A stretch of 64,000 nucleotides of DNA, from NCBI GenBank assembly GCA_002104945.1, contig MCFH01000026.1, forward strand, positions 372,001 through 436,000, given 5' to 3'. The notes beneath the pieces were generated by a model. That model made no database searches, was not told the DNA's origin, and was given only the letters and a program-made list of their open reading frames with translations. The DNA comes from Piromyces finnis finn. Its lineage: Eukaryota; Fungi; Neocallimastigomycota. The position numbers and the translations under genes are program-made. Of the stretch, positions 1 through 13,690 are shown in pieces (the first letter of the stretch is position 1; each line of letters opens with the position of its first letter).

Positions 1-1929
1 TTAAATCCCAATAGGCTAATTTTATTAAAGATATTTAAAAATGTATATAAAAATATAAAAATAAAAATTTCATGTTTTTTTTTTTTTTTTTTTTTTTGTT
101 GTTGTTGTTGTTGTTTGAAATATATAAATTTATTGAAGATTATAGATATAGATATTTATTAGTTTATTATATATATTGGTGTAATATTTAATATTATTAA
201 TGAAAAAAGTATATATATATGTATAATGACAAATCAATGTAATAGTATAATGATACATTACAGACTAAACCATTGTAGGAACCACCAATTAAGATATGTG
301 GGTCCTTTGGGTTATATTTTAAAGTGACAAGAGGTGAGGAAGGTGTAATAGTTTGATCAATAACATTTGGATTTTCAATATCCCAAATATAGGAATCTAA
401 ACACATATTATATGGCATTTTTTGGAATTGAAGTATTGAATAGGCGACAGCAATTTTATGGTTATCATCTGGATACCATGAAACACATGATGCAGCTCTC
501 TTTATTGGATTTGGATCACTATTTTTTTATGTTATTGTGATATTATTTAGTATTATATGAATACGAATATATACATATATATTTTTTTGTTTTTTATAAT
601 AATTTATAAAAACATTCATCATGATAATGAATAAGGTTGTTGTTTTAAAATAACAAAATGAATAGGAATAATAATTATTTAAATATTATAAAAACAAAAT
701 TAATTAATTATATACAATATATATGTGTATATATTATGTTATAAATTAAGAAAGATGTATATTTAAAAGGTTTTTTTTTTATTATAATAGATATTGTTGT
801 GGTAATATATTTTCATTTTTATTTTCCTGTCTCCACCTTTTTTATTATTATTACTGATAATATATATAATAAATAATATTTACCGATAAACATTATAAGT
901 TTTAAGTGATGGTGGTTCAACCACTGGTGGTTCAGATTCAATTTCATCTTTAAAGTATTCTTCATAAATATCAATAGCATTATTTTGTTTAATACATTGT
1001 TCCATGGTCTATTCAATATTTCATTTTTTTTTTATTTTCATATTTTTAATTTAATGTGCGTCAAGGGGTGATAAAAAAAAAAATTATATAAATTATATAA
1101 AATAAAATAAAAAAGTTAAAAATGTTATTTTACAAAACTACTTTTATCAATTATTTTTTTTTTCTTTTTTTTTTGTATCAAATTTATTGAAAAAAACAAT
1201 TTTCCGAGAAAAATTAATAACGAATAAATGTTACTATTGTAGTATATTAATCATCATGAATGAAGGTGTCTTACATCACCAAGAGTTTTAACTGATTTAA
1301 TATATTCTTCATCTTTTTCAATTTTTTTCCTATAACGAATAGTATGTTCTACATCTGAAGGATCAACATCTTTAGGCCATCCACCTTGTAAATGTAATAT
1401 ACCTTGATTTGCAAAAGTTAAACTTTCAGTATTTACCTTTTTGATTATTATTATTATTTATAAAAAAAAAAAAAAAAAAGGTATACATATATATAATTTT
1501 TTAATAAATATCTATTATTTTTTTATGAATTAACTATTTCATTTCTTAAAAAAAAAAAAAAAAAAAAAGAAAACTATGTTGAATATTTTAAATATTTTAT
1601 TATATAATATTTTTAAAAGTTTTTATCCATTATAATTTTCTTTTTTATTATTATCCAAAAGGTTAAACTTCATCATTTAGAAAATATTATAGATAAAATA
1701 AAATAAATAATAAAAAAAAAACATCCGAATTAATTTATATTATTACTTCATGTTCAGATTGTTCAGGAACACATTGACATTCCACTGAACAAAACTTTTT
1801 TTCGGTAAAATTTTCCATATAGCTTGGATCTGGTTCTATATCCACAGATTGCCATGCTGGTTTATTTCTAAATAATGGTTGTTTTCCAAATTCATTTCTT
1901 TTCCTCTGATATACATAGACAATTTCCAT
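1..1929 (-). CDS. DNAI2: Axonemal dynein intermediate chain 2 (IC2/IC69-like, WD40), 5' part; gene continues beyond left edge
   Basis: Exon 1929-1747 [20 protein letters not shown]...EQSEHE; next exon [47 protein letters not shown]; exon near 1016-870 [17 protein letters not shown]; exon near 530-261 [13 protein letters not shown]...[10 protein letters not shown]...[30 protein letters not shown] start and GGWPKDV are typical of DNAI2. GT-AG introns are consistent. Confidence 0.88.
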
Positions 1930-2612
1930 TTTATAGCAAGCTTTTTTTTTTTTTTTTTTTTTTTATATCGAAATGGGTATTATAAAATGCTTTATATTAG
2001 TGAAAATTATTATTATTATTTTAAAAAAAAAATTAATTCTTATTTTTAAGATTTTTTTGTTTTTTATGTTAGTTTAGAAAACTTTATTGACTTTTTTTTT
2101 AATAATTAAAAATAAAATTAATAATTATTATTTTAATGAATAAAGTTTAGTTTATAAATGAATGGATAAATAAATATATAGATGAATAAATATATATATA
2201 TATAAATGAATGAATGAATAAAGAAATAAAATATATCTATTAAACATTTCATTACTGGCAGCTTTTTAATAGTTTAAATTTATAACCCAAAATTTAAAAA
2301 AAAAAAAAAAAGATTTAAAATTTCATTTTATTTTTAATTATGAATATTATTATTTATTTGCTTTATATATATAAATAAAATGCTTTCTTTTCTTCTTTTT
2401 TTTTTTTTTTTTATTTAAATTGGCTTTAATGTTATTAAACAATATTTTTTTAATTCCATTCTTAACATGTAAATAATAATTTTTAAATTTAAAATATTCT
2501 AAATGATACTATGCTTTTTCTTTTTTTTTTTTAAAAAAAACTATTAATAATGACTTTTAAATACAGCTTTATCCATTTACTGATTAACTTATTGGATATC
2601 TATCAAAAAAAA

Positions 2613-3275
2613 TCAAGAGTCTAATTTTTTAGCACATATACTAATATCTTTACAATCGAGAATTTGTTTATCATATCCATTAAGTACTAAAGATATCATA
2701 CATTTTCCAACTTCTTGAATTGTATTACTCATATTGAAAGGTTTAGTAAAAGTAGTCATGATAGAATAAAATTTTTGTGTTCTATTTATATTTTTCATTT
2801 CAGGATTAATTTTCATCATACAAAGTCGAGGACAAAAAGTGTTTCTAAATGGATTACCCTTCATATTAATAAAATGTTCTTCTGCTTCACCTTTAGCCTT
2901 AGCCCACATAAGTTTTCCATTTTTATCTGAACCATAAGCACTAACATAGATGAATGTCATATCTTTATTTTGACCAAGAGCTTTAGCAAAATGAAGTGGT
3001 GTATCAATAGTGATATCACGATATTCTGATTCTTCAACACCTACAGAAGTTTTACCAGCACAATAGAAACAAGCATCATAACCTTGAAGTCTTTCATCAT
3101 CTTCAGATAAATCTTTAAAACTTGGAATAATTAATTCTTTTAATTTTTCATGCGTTTTTCCTGTGGCTCTTCTTGAAACACTTAAAACCTTATCAACCTT
3201 GTCATTATCTAAACATTCCAAGAGAACACCTTCCCCAACAAAACCTGTTGTACCAGTAATAATAACTTTAACCAT
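2613..3275 (-). CDS. Intronless NAD(P)-binding epimerase/dehydratase-like protein (atypical SDR, CC3/TIP30-like), copy 1
   Basis: 220-aa ORF; N-terminal Rossmann motif TGTTGFVG; GYDACFYCAG, MTFIYVS and MWAKAKG (WxxxK in place of YxxxK) resemble the bacterial family. Confidence 0.85.
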   Translation of the reverse strand: MVKVIITGTTGFVGEGVLLECLDNDKVDKVLSVSRRATGKTHEKLKELIIPSFKDLSEDDERLQGYDACFYCAGKTSVGVEESEYRDITIDTPLHFAKALGQNKDMTFIYVSAYGSDKNGKLMWAKAKGEAEEHFINMKGNPFRNTFCPRLCMMKINPEMKNINRTQKFYSIMTTFTKPFNMSNTIQEVGKCMISLVLNGYDKQILDCKDISICAKKLDS

Positions 3276-4125
3276 TTTTATTTTTATTTTTTTTTTTTTT
3301 TGTCGTTAAAACAATATATATATATATTTTATAAAAGTCAATATTTATTATTATTAAATATAGTCAATACTTTCTTGCTTTCAATTTATCTTTAAAGTAA
3401 TATTTATAGAGTTTTTCTATTTTGAAAAATTAAATGTTTAAAATATTAAACCAAAAATAAAATAATTAGATTATTTGTGAAATGATTTTATTATTATTTT
3501 TTTTAGTAGTTGTAGTAAAATAAGTAGTGGTGGTAGTGGTGGTATTTTGTATTAATAGAAACAAACAAAAAAAAAAAAACAAATACATACATTGGAGCTT
3601 TTCCCGCATATATAAATATTGAAAGTCAAGATTTAGTAATAGGAACACCCTTTTTTATTAATTATTATTTTTACCTAAATTTTAATTATGGGAAATATTC
3701 TTTATAATTATTATAATGTATTGTTAACGTATCATTAATGTATTAAAATAACGTAGATAATAGAGCATTGGAAAAGTTGTTGTCAAAGCAAGATTTACCC
3801 TATTCCACAACACAAGATTTTTTTTTTTTTTTTTTTTTTAAAAAAAGAAAAAGAAATTTATACTTTTAAAATTTCATTTTATTTTATTTTTATTATTAGA
3901 CTATTCTTTTTTTTTTTTTTATTTTGAAACTTGAATTTAAAATTGATTGATTTTTACACGCATTTCGATTCTTAACAACATGTAAATAATAATTTTTAAA
4001 TTTAAAATATTCTAAATGATACTATGCTTTTTCTTTTTTTTTAAAAAAAAAAACTATTAATAATGACTTTTAAATACAGCTTTATCCATTTACTGATTAA
4101 CTTATTGGATATCTATCAAAAAAAA

Positions 4126-4788
4126 TCAAGAGTCTAATTTTTTAGCACATATACTAATATCTTTACAATCGAGAATTTGTTTATCATATCCATTAAGTAC
4201 TAAAGATATCATACATTTTCCAACTTCTTGAATTGTATTACTAATATTAAAAGGTTTAGTAAAAGTAGTCATGATAGAATAAAATTTTTGAGCTGTAGTT
4301 ACATTTTTCATTTCAGGATTAATTTTCATCATACAAAGTCGAGGACAAAAAGTGTTTTTAAATGGATTACCCTTCATATTAATAAAATGTTCTTCTGCTT
4401 CACCTTTAATTCTAGCCCACATATATTTTCCGTTTTTATCTGAGCCGTGACCACTGACAAATATAAATGTCATATCTTTATTTTGACCAAGAGCTTTAGC
4501 AAAATGAAGTGGTGTATCAATAGTAGTATCACGATATTCTTGTTCTTCTATTCCTACACCAGTTCTGCCAGCACAATAGAAACAAGCATCATAACCTTGA
4601 AGTCTTTCATCATCTTCAGATAAATCTTTAAAACTTGGAATAATTAATTCTTTTAATTTTTCATGCGTTTTTCCTGTGGCTCTTCTTGAAACACTTAAAA
4701 CCTTATCAACTTTGTCATTATCTAAACATTCCAAGAGAATACCTTCCCCAACAAAACCTGTTGTACCAGTAATAATAACTTTAACCAT
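4126..4788 (-). CDS. Intronless NAD(P)-binding epimerase/dehydratase-like protein, copy 2
   Basis: 220-aa ORF differing from copy 1 at 18 residues by manual alignment. Confidence 0.85.
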   Translation of the reverse strand: MVKVIITGTTGFVGEGILLECLDNDKVDKVLSVSRRATGKTHEKLKELIIPSFKDLSEDDERLQGYDACFYCAGRTGVGIEEQEYRDTTIDTPLHFAKALGQNKDMTFIFVSGHGSDKNGKYMWARIKGEAEEHFINMKGNPFKNTFCPRLCMMKINPEMKNVTTAQKFYSIMTTFTKPFNISNTIQEVGKCMISLVLNGYDKQILDCKDISICAKKLDS

Positions 4789-5460
4789 TTTTATTTTTAT
4801 TTTTATTTTTTTTTGTCGTTAAAATAATATATATATATATTTTATAAAAGTCGATATTTATTATTATTAAATATAATGCTTTTTTTTTTTTTTGTTATTG
4901 TTGTGTCCACTCTGCAGTTTTTTTTTTTTTTTTTTTTTTTTATTAATAATTCAAAGAAAATTCTTTTTGAATGATTAATTATATATAAAAATTTGGATTA
5001 TTAAAAAATATATTAAATATTAAATAACAATACTAACTTTGAATGAATACAGTTTAAAAGACTATTTTAATAATAAAATAAAAGGTTACCTTTTTACGTA
5101 CAAATTAATAAAAAGAAAATAAAGCATTGATTATTATTGATTTGAGATTAATGCATTGAAAAACAGTAAAATAAAATCGTTAACTTTGCATTTGTTTTTA
5201 AAAATAATAGTAAAAAAAAAAAAACCCTTCTTCCCTTCCTACTCTATTTTTGTTTAAATACATCAATAATTTAAACAAAAATAATAGTAAAAAAAAACAT
5301 TTTATAACAATTTTGATAAAATTATTATAAAATGTTTTTATTTAGTATACTTTTTATTTTTAAATAGCTTTATATTTTTATTTTTTATTTTTTATTATAA
5401 TAAATAAATGAATGAATGAATAAATAAATAAATAAATTAATAGGTAAATAGGTAAATAGA

Positions 5461-5507
<47 letters not shown>
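5461..5507. repeat. (AAT)n microsatellite
   Basis: Read directly. Confidence 0.9.
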
Positions 5508-5516
<9 letters not shown>

Positions 5517-5824
5517 TAGTATATATATATATAAAAGTGAATTGAAATAATAAAGATATAAAATAACTGTATAAAATTTCTTTATCTATATAAAATACAC
5601 GAGTAAAAAGTTTATATATAAATAAAATAAATAGTAAAATAGTATATTATTTGAAATTTTTTTTTAAAAAAAAAAAAAGAAATAAAAAAATAAAAAAACT
5701 AATTTGCTTAAATATCATTTTAATAAAAGATTTAATTTTCTATTAAATGAAAATATATCTTTTTTTTTTTTTTTTTTTTGTTAATGTTATCAACAATCTT
5801 GAGATAAAAAATGTTTCAAAAATT

Positions 5825-8175
5825 TTAATTTACTCCAGTGCTTGGTTGTTCTTCGGCGGTTAATGATGAATTTTTAATATCTTGTTGAATGTTTTCTGTA
5901 ATATTGGTTACCAGGCTTGTTAAGATACTTGATTCATCTTCTACATCGACTTCATTTTTGGTATCTTCTGTACTATTTGTTATTGCATTTGTTGAACTAT
6001 TAATAATATCTTCCATATTAACATCTTGTTTAATATCTTTGGTATCTGTTTTTTCATTTGAAGGGGTATTTTCGGAAAGGGATGAAGATGATTTTGATGT
6101 AGGTGATTCATTCGAATTTTCAAAAGAGTTATCTGAAACATTTTCTGAAGGGTTTGAAACTACTGATTCATTTTCTTTTATGAAAAAGTTATTGTTAACA
6201 ATATAACGGATACATTGGAAAATCTTATTCTTTTCATTTTTAATTTCCTTATCTAAAAGCTATTAAATGTATAATGATATATATATACATATATATATTA
6301 TTCAATTTATAAATATATATATATATATAAATTTGTTAATATGATAAATAATCCAAAGTAATAATACTATTTATAATCTTGCTATCATATTGTAAATATA
6401 ATATTTATTTATTTACCATTCTTAGTAAAGACTTTTTATTTCTATGGTTATCTTTTTGATTATTATTATTTTTGTTTTTATTATCAGATTTACGCTATTA
6501 TTATTATTATTATTATTAAAATAATAAATGCATTATTAATACATAGTTTATCAATTATTTTTTATTTTTATTTTTTTTTTTTTTGTATATAAAACTTTAT
6601 ATATATTGTAGGGTTATATATATCTATATAAACCTATATAATTATTAAATAAATAAGATATATTTGAATTTACCTCATGTTTAAATTGACATTTTTCACC
6701 TCGACTACAATGACCGTGTAAAAAGTATTTGCAAATAATTTCAGACTTATCTTTTTTCTTATTTTTTTGTTGAGCTTTTTCAGTGGTATTTTCAGAATTA
6801 TCATTGGCTGGAGTTCCGTTATCATTAGCTTCATTATCACTTTCAGAATTATAAGCTGATATTAATCCTAAACCATTTTCTTTATTACCACTATTAGTAT
6901 TTTCATTGGTATTGTTTCTTTTTTGTTTTTTTCTTCTTTGGTTATCATTTGGTCTTTCTATTCCTCTTTTACCATTTGGTATAACTTCACCTCTTTCAAT
7001 TTTTTCTTGTAATTCCTTTTTCTTTTTTTTTTTTTTTAAATATATTTGATAAATAATGTTAATAAATTACTCTAATTGATAATTATTAATTAATTCATTA
7101 ATGTAATTATATAGATAGATAGATAGGGCTATTGTATATATATATATTCGACAAAGATTAAAACATTTACTTTTCTTTGAATATTTGCATCTGTTGGATA
7201 ATTCTTTTTACGATCAGCAATCCATTTTTCAATTTCTTCTGGTGTATTTAATGATATAAAACTACTTTTACTTGAAAAAAAAAATGTATATATGTTTTAG
7301 ATATTATATATGTAGTGTTGAATTATATGTATTATGTAAATATTAGTCAATTTTTTTTTTTGCTCTTTTTTTTTTTTAAAAAAAAAAATATCTGCTATAT
7401 ATTTATAAAATAAATTACTTTATTGTTTTAGAGTGACATTCTTCTATGTGAAGATTTAAAACTTTTTTCGAGGCTTCAAAATCGCATTCAGGACATTTTT
7501 TATGTAAACTCATGTGGGTTTCATGTTGTCTTGGACCATTAAATGTTTTTTCACAAGTTAAACATTGATATACAACAGCTCTATAGTATAAGAAAATTTA
7601 ATAAATTTAGAATATATTTTATCTGTAATTATAGGTTAAATTGGAATGTCGGTTTTAAAATTATCACAGATAAAAATTCAAAAATATCTTTTTTTATATT
7701 TTTTAAAAAAAAAATTACAAAATCGTTTTCTACTGATAGGGTTATATATATTAAAAAAAGATTGTATTTATATAAAATAGAAATAAAAAATATTGACGAA
7801 TAAAGAATTTTTGACTTACGGTTTTTGAGCTTTCTTTGGTGGATTATAATTTAATGAAACTTTTTGATGTTTATTATTCGGATTTGGTTTAGAATTTTGC
7901 ATAGGTACTGAAACCGGTGGCATAGGATTATAAGAATATTGTGGATAAGGAACAGCTGATTGCCAATAATTTGGATATTGGGGTTGTTCAGTATACATAG
8001 GATAACCATAGTTTGTAGGCATTGGATAATTATTAGATGGTGGTGGAGGTGGATATGAAGGCATATACATATTTGCACCATTAGGATAATCTTGATTTGG
8101 TGCTTGTGGTTGTTGATTATTATTCATTCCTGGATAATTATTTCTATTATACACTGTATATGAATCTGAATTCAT
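5825..8175 (-). CDS. NUFIP1: NUFIP1/Rsa1 box C/D snoRNP assembly factor (multi-exon)
   Basis: Pro/Tyr/Gln-rich N-terminus; C2H2 fingers CLTCEKTFNGPRQHETHMSLH and CPECDFEASKKVLNLHIEECH (7440-7570); PEEIEKWIADRKKNYPT motif (7190-7250); CCCH finger CKYFLHGHCSRGEKCQFKH (6680-6735); LLDKEIKNEKNKIFQCIRYIVNNNFF (6180-6260); acidic tail to stop at 5825. Confidence 0.85.
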
Positions 8176-10512
8176 GATGCTGTTGTTATTACTGTATGTT
8201 ATATTAAGAAGAAGAAAAAAAAAAAAAAAAACTCGAATTTACTTTTTTTTTTCTATTTTATAATTATTTTTTTTCAAAAAAAAAAAAAAAAAAAGTGAAA
8301 AATGATACCGAATGAATTTAAAAAGTAGATAATAAAGTATAAATGTTTTTTGTGTAAACTTTTTATATATAAAACAAAATTATTTAATAATGGAAATGTC
8401 CTTTTTGTAATTTTATAGATTATGGTATCAAATTTAAGAATATAATAGATTTTAATAAATATTTTGAATATTTCGATATATTAATGAAAACTTGATGATA
8501 ATATTCAAGATTTTTTTTTTTTTTTTTTTTGTTGTTGTTGTTGGAATAAAGGATAGTTAATATTTGCTATTTTTTAACTTGTTTAAAAAGGCAGATTTTA
8601 ATTGATTTTTATTTTTTAAGAAAATAAATTATTATTATTTTTTTTAAATTTATATTTTATTTAATTATTTATGTTTTTACTAAAACTTGAAAAATATAGA
8701 GCACTTTATTAACATTATTTTATATAAAAGTTTCCTTTCTTTCTTTCTTTTAAAGAAAAAACTCTAGATTGATAATGTTACTTTTTTTTTTTTTTTTCCT
8801 TTTCCTTTTTTTTTTTATTAAATTTATTTTTTATAGGTAATTAATCTTTTACATATATTATAATTATACTTTAATATATGGTCTTATTTAATACAATTTA
8901 ATTAATCCAATAATATAAAAAACAAAAAAATGTATTAATTATAAAAAAGAAAAAGTTTAGGTTGATTTGAAAAAAAGGTTTATTCTTTAATTTTAAACCA
9001 TTTTTATATTATTATTAATATTATTATTAACATAACTTTTTTCTTTTTTCTTTTTTTTATTTAATAACCATTCATTAGTCCTTTCAAATATTATGTCTTT
9101 TATATAATAGTTTTTCTAAACTTTTTTTTTTTTAATTTTTATTAATAGTTAAAAATATAAAATAAACTATTTAAAGTTTTTGGTACAATAAAAACATATA
9201 TATATTACAATATATTATTTTAATATATAAAAATATTAAAAAAATTGGAAATTTTTTAACAAAAAAAAAAAAAAGTTGTAGAGTGAAAAGAGAGAAAAGA
9301 GAAATAAACGTTTTTTATTTTCATATATATATATTTAAATAGTTGAAAAAGAAGTTAATGACAAATTATCCTTTATTTATTAATAAGAACTAAATATAAA
9401 TATAAAAAATTAATAATATTCCAAGTGAACCCTTTTTATACAAGTAAGATTCAAAAGAATCAAATATTTAAAAAAGTTTTTCTTTTAATAATGAAGAGGT
9501 ATACGTGTGAAAGAAAAGAAAAAAAAAAAAAAACGAATTTTCAATAAAAATTATTATTATTATTATTATTAATTTGAATAGACGAGTATTTAAAGATTTT
9601 TTTTTTTACAATTTTATATTTGAAAATTTGGTTTAAGTATTTCGTATTTCATAATTGTTATAACTGTAAATCATTGATTGTTATAATAGTAGTAGTTATC
9701 ATTGTGCATGCTGCAATAATAAATTAGTTGGTATTAAACATGTTATAAACCATCTTTCATACTCTATACCATCCAATAGATCCAAAATCTTAAAGAAAAA
9801 AAAATAGGAAAGAAATGAATTGAATTCTTATTAACTTTTATTAAAACAACATAATTTGATGTAAAATATTATATCAAAGTATCCATTTTTTACTCTTTTT
9901 TTTTTTTTTTTGTTAATATAATATAATATTTATTTTCTTTTTTCTTTTTTTCTTTCTTAAAAATAATAAAAGCGTTGTTAAAACAACAAGAAAGAAAGAA
10001 AGAAAAAAGAAACTTTTTTTTTTTTATTTTATTCATGATTCATGGTTTAGTTTTTATTTAAATTTTTATTTAAAAAATTAAATCAACCACCAAACCTGAA
10101 AATTTTTTTATTTTTTAAAATTTATTATAAATTTTTTTAAAGTGCTCTTTTTTTCTTTTCTTTTCCCAAATAATTTGTTTTGTTTTTTATTATTTATTTC
10201 TATAAATAAAAGTATATATACTTATAATATTAACACTATTATTAATAATTTTGTATTATATCTTTAAATAATAACTCTTTTTTTTTTTTTTTTTTTTTCA
10301 TCTTTCAATATATTAACATGGCAATGAAATAACATATAAAAATGATAATCTCGAAAAAGAAATCTCAATATACAGGAAAATAAAAAAATAGAAAAAAAAA
10401 AAAAAAAAAATCAAGAGGAAGAAATATTACTTTTTTATATATTTAATATAGATTTTTATTAGTTATTTTTTCCATTTAATACAATTTAAACAATTAATAA
10501 TAAATAAATATC

Positions 10513-11611
10513 ATGGATATTGATGATGAAATTCTTGCCTTAGCTGGTGATTCACCAGTAAGGTCAAGAAAAAGTAGACGTGATGGGTATATATATATTA
10601 TTGTTATTATTATTTTATAATAAAATTTTGAAAAGTAAAAAACAATAAAATTAAATAATTTTATAATATTATACACATATACAATAATAATACAATTGGA
10701 ATTGAAATTTCTTTTTTTTTTTTTTCAATAATTATTCCAATGAAATTCAACCATCTTATCCTATAATTATGAAACAACAACAATTTAATATCAATTTATA
10801 TAAATATTTAAATATTTGAATTAAACCATAGAAAAAGAAGTAGAAGTGTTTCTTTAAGTGGTGATGAAGAAAGTAATTATAGTGATGCTTCTTTATCCGA
10901 TTCTGATGCTAGTTTAGCCGAAGAAGTTGAGTCATATGGTCCAGATCTTATCAAGGATGAAGAAGATAGAAAATAGTATGTGTTAAAAAGAAAATTTATT
11001 TTAACTTTTTTTTTTTGTTTGTTTATAAAAAACTTTTAAGAAATGTTTTTTTTTCTTTTTATTATTATTTTAAAGAAAATAATTATTATTATTACTTAAT
11101 AATGTAATATTATAAAATAAATTTCCAATTATCAATAATAGTTTAGATAATCTTCCAGAAAGAGAAAGAGAAATTATTATTGCAGAAAGAGCTGAAAAGG
11201 TATATAACAACAACAACAACAACAACAACAATAATAATAATAATAATAATAATAATAATTTAATTAAAATTTATTAAAATATCAAATTTCTAAAAAAATA
11301 ATGAAAAAATAAATAAATAAATATAACATTATAAAAAAATGTATAACCTTTATTATTACTGTATTTTATGATGATATATATAAATGTAAATTTTAAATAG
11401 AAACAAATTTTAATGGAAAGACTTGAAGTTAAAAGAAAGTTAAAGGAAGGAAAAAAGAATAAAAGTAATTGCATATTTTCAAAATTCTTTACATATATTT
11501 ATAATATATCAATTCATTTTGGAATATTCAAATAATTAAAAAATTATTATTTTTATAATTCTTATACATTTTTTCAATTTTTTTAAAAAAACAATCAAAC
11601 AATAATCAAAC

Positions 11612-11644
<33 letters not shown>

Positions 11645-13627
11645 TAACAACGATAACAACAACAATAATAATAAAAGTCGGTTCAAGTCGTCATTCCACA
11701 AGACATGATAAATTATCAGAAAAAGAAAAGAAATCAGAATCATTATCTGATCTTAAGAGAAAACGTGAAAAGAAACGTTCAAAAATGGCTTACGAAAGAG
11801 TATTTATTTTTTTACAATATGTATAATTATAATTATTGAATTTCAATAATAATAATAATAAAAAAAAAATTAATTAATATTATTATATGTATAATACCTT
11901 TTTGTTATTATTATTATTTTTTTTTATTATAAAAATTACAATAAAAAAAAAAAAAAAAAACAATCTTTTGGTAAATATAATTTATAATCATATAAAAGGA
12001 AAATGAAGAAAAAAGAAATAGAAGTACATACAGTGATTCTGAAAGCGAAGATTTTGATAATAAAGAACCAGAAGTAGGAATTTTTATTTAATATAATAAT
12101 ACTTTCATTATTTAATATACATATTAGAATACACAATAATACACAAATCTATCAATTAAATATTAATTTATTAAACAAAAAAACTCGCGTTTAAATTAAT
12201 TATTTATTTATTTCAAATCAATGTTTTATTTTACATTTCTACCAATCTTTTTAAAATAAATATAAACATCATTGGAATTTAATAGCAAGAAGTAATAACG
12301 TTGGAAGAATTTAATTCTGCTAGAATATCTCGTGATGAATTAGAACAATGGGCTTATACCCCATTCTTTAATAAAACCGTCATAGGTAAAATAAACCTTT
12401 TTAACAGCATTGCGAAAGAAAAATATTTTTTTTTTTCAGCAAAGTATTTTATTTTCAAAATGTACTATATTTTAATGAATGATTATATTGTTAATAGGTG
12501 GTTATGCTAGACTTGGTATTGGTTTTGATAGCAACAAAAATTATATTTATAGAATTACAAAGATTTTAGGTAAGCAAAGCAGTTATAAAATAAAATAAAA
12601 TAGATTTATATATATTAATATATCTATTTTTATATAAACTTTTATATCTGAAAATAAATAAATTTTATTATTCCTCTAATTATTAAGATGTTGTTGAATA
12701 TCATAGAATATATAAAGTTAATAAAACAAATGTTAAAAAAGCTTTAATCTTGGAACATGGTAAAGCTAAAAAAAAATTTGGTATGGATATTATATCCAAT
12801 GGTCCATTCACAGAGGTATGTTTATAATACTATTTTTGTATCTATAAATAAATTTGAATAGAATAAGCATTTTAAATTTTTTAAATGATTAATAATTCTT
12901 TTCCTTATTATTATTATTATTATTATTTATATATATAGCAAGAATATCATCGTTACTTGGCTGTCATGAAAAATGAACAACAACAACTTCCAAGTAAAGA
13001 TTTTATTAGAGAAAAAGAAAAACAAATTCAAGAAGCTCGTGATCATGAATTTACCCCTGTAAATACTGTTTTACTAATACAAAACATCTATATTCAATTA
13101 AAAAAAAAAAAAAAAAAATCTATTTGTTTATTGTTATATAATAATATTATTTAAATTTCATTCTTTTTTTTTTTTTTCATATATACATATATACATTTTA
13201 TTTTTATGATGGATACATCACCTTTAGGATGAAATTAGTGCTATGGTAGATGAAAAGAAACAATTATTAAAGGTACCATTAAACTTTGCCATGGAAAAGG
13301 CAGCTCTTCTTTTAAGAAAAGATAAAGCAGAACAATTAGGAGATGAAAAAGAAATAGAAAATATCAACAACAAATTAGAAGAATTAGATAATATGAAGGA
13401 TGAAAAATCCAGATTAGTTGAAGAAAAATTAGATAATTGGACTAAATTAAATGAAAGAAACCGTAAAATGAATATGATTGAAAACAGAAAAGCAGAAATT
13501 CAAGCTTTCCAAGAAAGAAAGAAATTAGGTAAATTAATAAAAAAAAAAAAAAGAAAAAAAAAACTAAAACCATATTATCTTGATTATTATTATTATTATT
13601 ATTATTAGTAGTAGTAGTGATAATATG

Positions 13628-13690
<63 letters not shown>

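Larger units (their letters stand above)
2460..4872. repeat. Direct duplication of a ~0.9 kb unit (about 2460-3360 and 3975-4872) carrying the epimerase gene and both flanks
   Basis: Near-identical 3' flank (catgtaaataataatttttaaatttaaaatattctaaatgatactatgc) and 5' flank (tgtcgttaaaa...ttattattaaatata); CDS offset 1513 bp. Confidence 0.9.

Noticed and set aside
2715-4443. Plus-strand 71-aa ORFs at 2715 and 4228
   Set aside because: Antisense shadows of the epimerase CDSs; duplicated only because the genes are.
5889-6206. 105-aa hydrophobic plus-strand ORF
   Set aside because: Antisense of the acidic last exon of NUFIP1.
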